64,000 nt of DNA from Candidatus Thorarchaeota archaeon (GTDB lineage Archaea > Asgardarchaeota > Thorarchaeia > Thorarchaeales > Thorarchaeaceae), in the NCBI GenBank assembly GCA_046758445.1, contig JBHIAE010000007.1, positions 1 to 64,000 on the forward strand, in the 5' to 3' direction. Below are positions 57,287 through 64,000 of the stretch, piece by piece. The notes under the pieces were generated by a model. The model was given only the letters and a program-made list of their open reading frames with translations. It ran no database searches and was not told where the DNA came from. Every line of letters starts with the position of its first letter. Position 1 is the stretch's first letter. A program made the translations under genes and the position numbers.

Positions 57287-58984
57287 TTAGACTCCCAAGA
57301 ATCGCATCGGATGCCCTCGTTCCCATAGTCGATCACCTAATGGAAGCTTTGCGTTTCCAAGAGATGAATCCATTTCCTCTCTTATGCATCCAACAATAGC
57401 CTCGAACGCGGGAACATGGCTATCAAGTCCCACCTCGCGTGAATGGAACAAAAAGGCACCATCGTCCGACCATTTCACTTCGTTTGAACTACGACAACTG
57501 TACACTGTATGTAATCCAAAGAACCTGAGAAACCCGTCGATAATCGCCTTTCGGACTTCAACGATGCTACTCACTCTGCGATACGATTTACCAGGTATTG
57601 GCCTCTCCATGGTGACAATCAAATCCATAAGCGCCATGCTCGTTGCTTCTATCCTATGTCCAGCCGTCCAGCGAGATACAAGACTTGCCGCTGAGTAGCT
57701 ATGGCATGTCTGCATAGTCCTGAGCCCAGCAGCGATGGCTTGGAAGAGAGCTTCACTGTGCTCTCTTGTCTGTATCTCACCGAGGATTAGATAGTCCGGT
57801 GAGCGGTGGAGGCTTTTCACTATCTCTGCCGTCTTATCGAATCTCTTACTTGTTTCATCTACGGGATCTACACGGATACGCACTTGGTGGTGGTCACTTA
57901 CAAATCTGCTCTCAATTGCGTCCTCGATGTAGACCTTTCTCCACATTGAAGGGGTGCTCATATCGAGGGCGTTCAACAGTGTTGTCTTCCCTGTCCCTGG
58001 ACCACCAGTTATTGTTATGTTAAATCTGGAACCAACCGCCAATAGGAGAATCGCCGCTGCCTCTGAACCAAGAGTTTCATTTCGTATCAAGTCCAAGATA
58101 GAGAATGGGGACTTCTTCGCCCGACGAATCTCAAGATGCACTCCATCGTGGCTAAGTGGTGGAATACTTATGGCCAAGCGCAATGCTACATCAAAGAGCC
58201 TGAGGTCAGTTTTGAGCGAAGGGTTTCTTCTATCTAGACTGAGATTGCTCTCTGCCCTTATGAGGGTCACAAGCCGTTCCACGTCGTTGTGCCGTAGTTT
58301 GAAGCTTGATTGACATCGACCAAAGCGTCTATGGTCAAAATAAGCATGGGTTCCGGGTCTGTCCACGTAGACCTCCTCAATCTCATCATCCAGCAAGAGT
58401 GGAAGAAGTGGCCCCAATACGGAAGTTCGCCCAGCCACAGCATCAGATATCCTCGTTCTCGTCATGTCACTGATCTCCGGAAACGTTTCCATGATACTGT
58501 CAGAAACACAATGAGACACGCGTCGAAGTCTATCTGACAGCTCCACTCTGTTACCAGGCAGACTCTGCGTCTGTCTATGTGTGTTGTCGCTAAGCTCATT
58601 CAAAAGCTCATATTCTAGAGGACTCTTGACAAGAGGGTGCGTTTGATGAAGGAAACCGTTCTCATTCGCGTCATTATAGAAGAGACTGAGATAAGAACCA
58701 ACAACATACACTTCAACCAGGCTCTTCTCTGAATCAAGAAGCTTGGTATAGTCGTGTACGTAGACTGACTCCCAACAGTCGGAGTGCCACGGTGGCTCAA
58801 CTGGAAACGAATCTGCTAGATTCCCAATATGAATGAGATTCCTATCTGGTTCAAGTATGACGGCTCGAGAGAAACTATCATCTCTGAGGAAGACGAGCTT
58901 CGAACATCTAGACAATGTGAAGTCTGGACACTCTTTGCATCTATCTCTTGGACATCTAAAGACAAACACATCACGTTTCGACAT
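57287..58984 (-). CDS. VirB11/CpaF/TadA-family secretion ATPase
   Basis: LLDDEIEEVYVD, Walker A GGPGTGKTT, Asp box IEDAIE, Walker B LILGEI and His box TCHS. Confidence 0.9.
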   Translation of the reverse strand: MSKRDVFVFRCPRDRCKECPDFTLSRCSKLVFLRDDSFSRAVILEPDRNLIHIGNLADSFPVEPPWHSDCWESVYVHDYTKLLDSEKSLVEVYVVGSYLSLFYNDANENGFLHQTHPLVKSPLEYELLNELSDNTHRQTQSLPGNRVELSDRLRRVSHCVSDSIMETFPEISDMTRTRISDAVAGRTSVLGPLLPLLLDDEIEEVYVDRPGTHAYFDHRRFGRCQSSFKLRHNDVERLVTLIRAESNLSLDRRNPSLKTDLRLFDVALRLAISIPPLSHDGVHLEIRRAKKSPFSILDLIRNETLGSEAAAILLLAVGSRFNITITGGPGTGKTTLLNALDMSTPSMWRKVYIEDAIESRFVSDHHQVRIRVDPVDETSKRFDKTAEIVKSLHRSPDYLILGEIQTREHSEALFQAIAAGLRTMQTCHSYSAASLVSRWTAGHRIEATSMALMDLIVTMERPIPGKSYRRVSSIVEVRKAIIDGFLRFFGLHTVYSCRSSNEVKWSDDGAFLFHSREVGLDSHVPAFEAIVGCIREEMDSSLGNAKLPLGDRLWERGHPMRFLGV

Positions 58985-59033
58985 TCACTCTCAGCTCTTT
59001 CAGTAAGTTCAGATATGATTAACAAGCCAAGGC

Positions 59034-60092
59034 CTAACCAGGTCCACTAAGTAACACGATTTCTTTCTTCATCATGCCGAAGTGATCACGTATACTATAC
59101 TCAGCCACTTCTGTTGCTCTGGATGTAAGCTTCTGAGTGAGCACAGAACGTTTACCATTCTCATCAGCAATCAATCGATCACTGGCATAAGCCGCAGAAA
59201 CTGTGAATATAAACGGGTTCCGACCCCCTCTTCTTGAAGGTGGTATCATCCCGAGAACCTCAAGCATCTTGTCTCTGAGTGCATTTTCATAGTTTCTCAA
59301 GTCCCAGCCGCGAGTCTTCACCTTCCTGACGACTCTCTCACTATTCATTAACATCGACAGAACTCTTGGCACATAGTCCTCTGGACGACGAATCTCAGGA
59401 GCAAAACCTGTCAGCGATTTGAGTCTCAACGCTTCTCTTACTATAGCCCTAACATTTACACGGTGACCACACCTTTCAAAGGTATTAGCTATTTCGTCCA
59501 AGGTTATCGGAGCACCTTCTCTGAACTCACGAACAGCCATAAGCAGGCATACCGCAATGAGCAGGATATTGTTAGTGATTTTTCTGGAGGCCTCTGTGAC
59601 TATCTTCTTGTATAGGTATGCAGTGCGATCTCGCACTTGTTCACTCAACATAAGCAGTTTTGAAACGTGATTGAGTGTCCTGAGAGCCCTGTATTTTGCT
59701 TCATTCCTGCCTATCCTAATTCGTGTGCTATAGATCGTCTTTAGACGCTTGAACTTCTTCTGTGATCTGGCTGACAGAGTGTGACCCTGTGCATCTTGAA
59801 AGTATCTCTCTTTGTGAAAACCAATATAGCTTCCAAGCCCATCTACAATATGCATGCGATTGCCTAGAGACACATAGACAGTTGCTTCGGGCTTGTTGGT
59901 AGACTGTTCCTCACCCATTTGGTAAGTGGGTAGGACATACTCTCTGGAAACAACCAGACCACATTTTGCACATACTATGTAACCCTGGTTTACCACTAGC
60001 AAACCCGAACAGTCAGGACAAGACCAGGACGAGTTCTGAATAGCCTCGAATGCTTCATCAATCAAAGACCACACCCAATCAGAAGACATCAC
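59034..60092 (-). CDS. Divergent transcription initiation factor IIB paralogue
   Basis: CPDC...CAKCGLV zinc ribbon and two cyclin folds (ITLDEIA; GRNP; TQK..S....V.E.SIR). Confidence 0.8.
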   Translation of the reverse strand: MMSSDWVWSLIDEAFEAIQNSSWSCPDCSGLLVVNQGYIVCAKCGLVVSREYVLPTYQMGEEQSTNKPEATVYVSLGNRMHIVDGLGSYIGFHKERYFQDAQGHTLSARSQKKFKRLKTIYSTRIRIGRNEAKYRALRTLNHVSKLLMLSEQVRDRTAYLYKKIVTEASRKITNNILLIAVCLLMAVREFREGAPITLDEIANTFERCGHRVNVRAIVREALRLKSLTGFAPEIRRPEDYVPRVLSMLMNSERVVRKVKTRGWDLRNYENALRDKMLEVLGMIPPSRRGGRNPFIFTVSAAYASDRLIADENGKRSVLTQKLTSRATEVAEYSIRDHFGMMKKEIVLLSGPG

Positions 60093-60311
60093 AGATTTCC
60101 TAACTAGACTTTAGGCAGGTGTCAATACATTCTGTAGGAAACAGTATTCACTTCAATGAACCCTCAATCGGCCAGAATGGACATATGCAGCCCTGACTGA
60201 CAGAAAGAGGGATTGCCGAAACTATTCACTTCGGCAGTGAAAGAGGGGCCGAATACTCTCCGGGGAGTCATGAATTTAAGGGTGAGAAGTTGAAAGACGG
60301 ACTGACATTCC

Positions 60312-61241
60312 ATGAACAAATACGCGATTACACTGATTGTCTTGGCTTGTGTAACATCAGTCATTAGATTTGGTCACGTCTATCCGGACAGTCAAGTGTA
60401 TCTTGACTACATCGAGTACTTCGATGGAGAAGGAGGCATCGAAGATGTTCGTGCACCTTTCGCCTTAAGACCAATAATACCATTTGTGGTGTCCCTACTG
60501 AACGGCTTGGGCGACTCTTTCCTAATACTCTCTACTTTGAATGTACTCTTTGTCTGTCTGATAGGTCTTGGAATCCATAGGTATGTGAGAGGCTATTCCA
60601 TAGATGATAGGCCTGCTTTCTATGCTGCTGCTGTCTGTACGGCATCATTTCCCGCGGCATTCTATGGGGCCGTACCTCTCGTTGATGCACTTGCTGTACT
60701 CGTGATGGTGGCCATTGTCATAGGAATGATAGAAGGACTGGGTGATTGGTTTGCAATGACAATGCTTCTTTTCGGTGTCATTGTAAAGGAAGTAGTTCTC
60801 TTCATCGGGCTGTATTACGTACTAAGAGAGGGGGTAAAGAAACTCTGGGTACTTGTGCCAGCCTCAATATTACACCTCGCACTCAGATTTCTGATATTCG
60901 GCGAGTTATCGAACACGCTTAGGTTCAATCTCAATATATTCGACAGACCGTTTGAAGTTGTAGGAGGAATCGGAATCACATTTGTATTGCCATTGACAAT
61001 TCTCTTGATCAGGATAAGAAACGACAAATGTCACCATTGGAAGGCAATAAGCAAGGACACACTTCTTGGAATCCTAGCACTTCTTCCATTGGTCTTCTTG
61101 GGTCTGTTCTTTGCCTACTTTGATGCTAGGTTCCTCTGGCCTCTATATTTGCCACTAGCTCCAATGGTTGCCTGCTCACTTACCACTGACACCGTGGTGT
61201 CCTCTCTCGATTCACCACAACAATCCAAAGAAAGACCATAG
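60312..61241 (+). CDS. Multi-pass membrane protein (GT-C glycosyltransferase-like)
   Basis: DS..Y, PF..RP and VKE motifs with about 9 TM helices. Confidence 0.65.
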   Translation: MNKYAITLIVLACVTSVIRFGHVYPDSQVYLDYIEYFDGEGGIEDVRAPFALRPIIPFVVSLLNGLGDSFLILSTLNVLFVCLIGLGIHRYVRGYSIDDRPAFYAAAVCTASFPAAFYGAVPLVDALAVLVMVAIVIGMIEGLGDWFAMTMLLFGVIVKEVVLFIGLYYVLREGVKKLWVLVPASILHLALRFLIFGELSNTLRFNLNIFDRPFEVVGGIGITFVLPLTILLIRIRNDKCHHWKAISKDTLLGILALLPLVFLGLFFAYFDARFLWPLYLPLAPMVACSLTTDTVVSSLDSPQQSKERP

Positions 61242-61270
61242 AATCTCAGGCTAACCAAAGCTGTCGGTAG

Positions 61271-61636
61271 TCATATGATGGCTAAGAAGAACTTGTCCGT
61301 ACCGAATGTGTTTCTTTGAGACGTACTCGGCTTACTCAGAGTAAGAACCAGTCTTAGACCTCCAATAGTGCCTACGATTTCCATGCCGCTATCCTCGTTG
61401 ATACGGAAGACCTTCCCTTCTGCGTATAGCTTCGCATTTGCTCCCCTTGAGATTGGCTTGGAATCTATGACCATGGAAACAGCATCCTTTGGTTTCATCT
61501 GTTCACTGAGAACTTCTGGAAGCTCCAGTACGACTCTAGCCCTTTCTTCCTTACATACCATCTTCAAGAGCTTCAGTTTCCTTGTTTCAGTGTCCTCAAT
61601 AGACTCGACGATGGCATTCTTCAGCCTTACTACCAT
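61271..61636 (-). CDS. rpo8: RNA polymerase subunit Rpo8/Rpb8-like (RpoG)
   Basis: OB-fold pattern with G.V.. and TIGGLRL (compare the Rpb8 SFGGLL motif), terminal FFLAI. Confidence 0.65.
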   Translation of the reverse strand: MVVRLKNAIVESIEDTETRKLKLLKMVCKEERARVVLELPEVLSEQMKPKDAVSMVIDSKPISRGANAKLYAEGKVFRINEDSGMEIVGTIGGLRLVLTLSKPSTSQRNTFGTDKFFLAII

Positions 61637-61708
61637 AATACTCAGACACTCCGGTTCCTCAAGGGCAGAGGGCGCTCAGTCTTGAATTAAAGTTGTCGCT
61701 GTAATCGT

Positions 61709-63808
61709 GTGCCGTTTTTTAGGGAAAACGAACACCAACCTTCGGTGTGTCAATTGAGTAAAGGAGCAATGGTCGCGGTCGTAGCTTCTATGGTTGTCCT
61801 GCTGTACCTGATTACGCCTGTTTCAGCCTACTACTTCGAGTTTGACTACTTTGAAACAGACAAGCTAGTATACGAGGTCGGGGAAACAATCCATATGGTT
61901 GCCAAGCTAACTGCAGACTTCAGCGACCAAGGATGGTGCTACGTTTCTTTTGCAGTCACGACCAACCAAGGTCCTGTGTTTGGGAATAGTTACTTCATTC
62001 CGCCGTCAAACGAAGCGCGTTTCTTCAACTCGTCCTATACAATCCTGTCTCAGGACACCTCCCCCGGAGTTGCAGGCACGCAGGCCTACGTCATGTTCAG
62101 CACAGAGATCTATGACTCATACTCTCAAGGGGACGGTGACACAATCCAGGTCAATGTCACAAGAGGACGCCTGAAGGTCACTCCACTCTCATCGCTCAGT
62201 CTAGAGTTTGATACAAACAGTACTTTGATCTTCAAGGTAGCATCGATACATAATGACATCATTGTATACACAGACTCTCCAGTATCAATATCACTACTCG
62301 ACTCTTCTCTGACAGAGCTGCTTCAAGATAACACCACAACCTCTTCTGATGGCTTGGTCCATTTCAGCTGGAACTCTTCAACGACTCTTCCAGGTGAATA
62401 CACAGTGATGATATCAAGCAACGGAACCGAAGACTTCACTTCCTTCTCTCAGTCATTTCCACTTACAATAACACAGCCATCCTCTAATCTGACAGTGATT
62501 TCCTCACCCTCCTCGGTGCATTGTCAAACTCATGATGGGAGTCAGACAGAGTCCGTCGACATCCTTGTAGAGCATAAGACCAGAGATGGACAACCCATAT
62601 CAAATAGCACAATCCAATGGGAAACTGCGTTCTCAGCCGGTACAATGATCAACATTGGCTCCGGACTGTACAACGTGTCAATCCCTTTTGAAACTAGACC
62701 TGGGCGTTATCATGTCAACTTGACTGCGACCAATCCCTTCTACGGAACAGAGTCAGAAATAATTGAGATCGAGGCCAATCCGTATTCCCTAAGTCTTCTC
62801 TGGGCAAATTCAACATGGGATGTAGTACGTGGCACCAATGCTTCTGTTGGCTTCAATGTCAATTCCACTTCGTTATTGAATCAATCCATTCCAGTGAGCA
62901 TTGGCGACTCAAGTGGCCAGCTTGTCGCATATGCTTCCATCGAGGTCAACACATACTCGCAGATTGACTTGGTCGTCAGCCACAACGTTTCACTTGGTCC
63001 ACATACGGTTACATTACATATCGAACAACCCTCATACCAGTTCAACGAACCTGCTGAATTCGAACTGTTGGTTACTGGCATTATGGATGCCAGTTGCGAG
63101 GTGGGGATGGCCTACTATGCAGAAGAGATGGACATAGTTCTGAATGCCACTGATGATGCCAATCAGTCAGTAAGCATGATACATCTCCGTGTGTGGATTG
63201 ACAATCTGACCAATCCTACAGCTCTCATAGAGGATGCAAACGTCACAGTTCCAGTACAGGTTTCTCTGCCGCTATCAATTCTCCCAGGTTCACATCAGGT
63301 GATCTTGCAGGCTAGTAGTCCCTGGTGTGGAACGACCAACATCTCAATGTCAATAGTAGTTTGGATGCGCACCAGCATCACTATCATACTAGGAGAGAAC
63401 CATCAAGCTCCACAAGGATCAGGAGATGGTCAACCATTACAGACCACCCAATCTCAATCAGCGATCCTACCAACAATCTCATCTGGCTCTATCATTAGGC
63501 CGCCTCCTATCTTGGACAACGATTCAACACGCACAGAACCACCCACTGCCCTCGAAACCTCTCGGGATAGCTGGCCTAGGCTGAGCTCAGGCACCAATAA
63601 TGAACCGACGGACTTCGCGAATTGTGCCACTTCATCATCTGGGAATGGCCAGAGCGTTCTCAATCTGAGGGATCTGACACTCACATCAGAGCTGTTTGTA
63701 ATGACTTCCTCAACTGATCTTGAGGTACATCCGTATGAAACAATTCCCCAATCAGCCCGTCGGGGTCCAGTCACTACCACATCAGTCAGGAGTTTCCGTT
63801 CATCCTGA
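61709..63808 (+). CDS. Secreted/cell-surface protein with Ig-like repeats; 3' end overlaps korA antisense
   Basis: Signal peptide, TDKLVYEVGETI, PG.Y repeats and NxS/T sequons. Confidence 0.75.
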   Translation: MPFFRENEHQPSVCQLSKGAMVAVVASMVVLLYLITPVSAYYFEFDYFETDKLVYEVGETIHMVAKLTADFSDQGWCYVSFAVTTNQGPVFGNSYFIPPSNEARFFNSSYTILSQDTSPGVAGTQAYVMFSTEIYDSYSQGDGDTIQVNVTRGRLKVTPLSSLSLEFDTNSTLIFKVASIHNDIIVYTDSPVSISLLDSSLTELLQDNTTTSSDGLVHFSWNSSTTLPGEYTVMISSNGTEDFTSFSQSFPLTITQPSSNLTVISSPSSVHCQTHDGSQTESVDILVEHKTRDGQPISNSTIQWETAFSAGTMINIGSGLYNVSIPFETRPGRYHVNLTATNPFYGTESEIIEIEANPYSLSLLWANSTWDVVRGTNASVGFNVNSTSLLNQSIPVSIGDSSGQLVAYASIEVNTYSQIDLVVSHNVSLGPHTVTLHIEQPSYQFNEPAEFELLVTGIMDASCEVGMAYYAEEMDIVLNATDDANQSVSMIHLRVWIDNLTNPTALIEDANVTVPVQVSLPLSILPGSHQVILQASSPWCGTTNISMSIVVWMRTSITIILGENHQAPQGSGDGQPLQTTQSQSAILPTISSGSIIRPPPILDNDSTRTEPPTALETSRDSWPRLSSGTNNEPTDFANCATSSSGNGQSVLNLRDLTLTSELFVMTSSTDLEVHPYETIPQSARRGPVTTTSVRSFRSS

Positions 63809-64000
63809 ATCTTCCCTGTGATTCTACGTATCAGGCTATTGTGAGCTTGAGGATCGGCTGTTTCTCTGAACCCCAACTCGTCATGGGTAGAGCCAGTCAC
63901 CAACAGGTCATGTCCATCACCAAATCGGGGCATTACTGACTGCCCATCATCGACTCCACCATATGGCGGGTCTCCTACTCTAGCGTAACGTCGAATCACC
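63454..64000 (-). CDS. korA: 2-oxoacid:ferredoxin oxidoreductase alpha subunit, C-terminal part (5' end off window)
   Basis: PRFGDG, VTGSTHDE.G, SYGCTSRS, TLWPFP and VPE..GQL motifs. Confidence 0.9.
   Translation of the reverse strand, partial: VIRRYARVGDPPYGGVDDGQSVMPRFGDGHDLLVTGSTHDELGFRETADPQAHNSLIRRITGKIQDERKLLTDVVVTGPRRADWGIVSYGCTSRSVEEVITNSSDVSVRSLRLRTLWPFPDDEVAQFAKSVGSLLVPELSLGQLSREVSRAVGGSVRVESLSKIGGGLMIEPDEIVGRIAD

Noticed and set aside
60191-60211. CTGA...GAAA resembling a hammerhead ribozyme core
   Set aside because: Does not match CUGAnGA spacing and lacks the required stems.
1-64000. CRISPR arrays, rRNA genes, integrases or transposases
   Set aside because: No regularly spaced repeat-spacer array, rRNA-like region or recognisable recombinase was seen.

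Overview
Archaeal chromosomal window. The information-processing genes are archaeal (TFE, aMBF1, PAN, NAC, GatDE, uS10, a TFB paralogue, Rpo8/Rpb8-like subunit, tRNA splicing endonuclease subunit). Gene content best fits an Asgard archaeon, probably Thorarchaeia; this is inferred, not verified. Most genes are housekeeping or metabolic (pgk, rpiA, mtnA, iorAB, acdA, glmS, ipk, LKR+SDH). There are seven tRNA genes, all interrupted (10 introns, 6 at non-canonical positions). The strongest unexplained signal lies at 31-45.4 kb and has three parts. (1) An ExeA/TnsC-like AAA+ ATPase and a ribbon-helix-helix gene are bracketed by a perfect 15-bp inverted repeat. (2) The core of that repeat (TGTAWTACA) recurs as 9-bp-period tandem arrays scattered across about 14 kb. 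(3) These arrays surround ORB-containing origin-like regions (40.5-40.74 kb and 44.5-44.95 kb) with no cdc6/orc1 nearby. Together these suggest an undescribed origin-linked chromosome segregation or organisation system. Other candidates are a membrane-anchored Pro-rich protein ending in a WH2-like helix, a dispersed VirB2/VirB4/VirB11/Flp-type DNA-transfer gene set, a SufS-like protein lacking the PLP lysine, and a PINA-type ATPase lacking its PIN and KH domains. All motif counts were made by eye and need computational confirmation.
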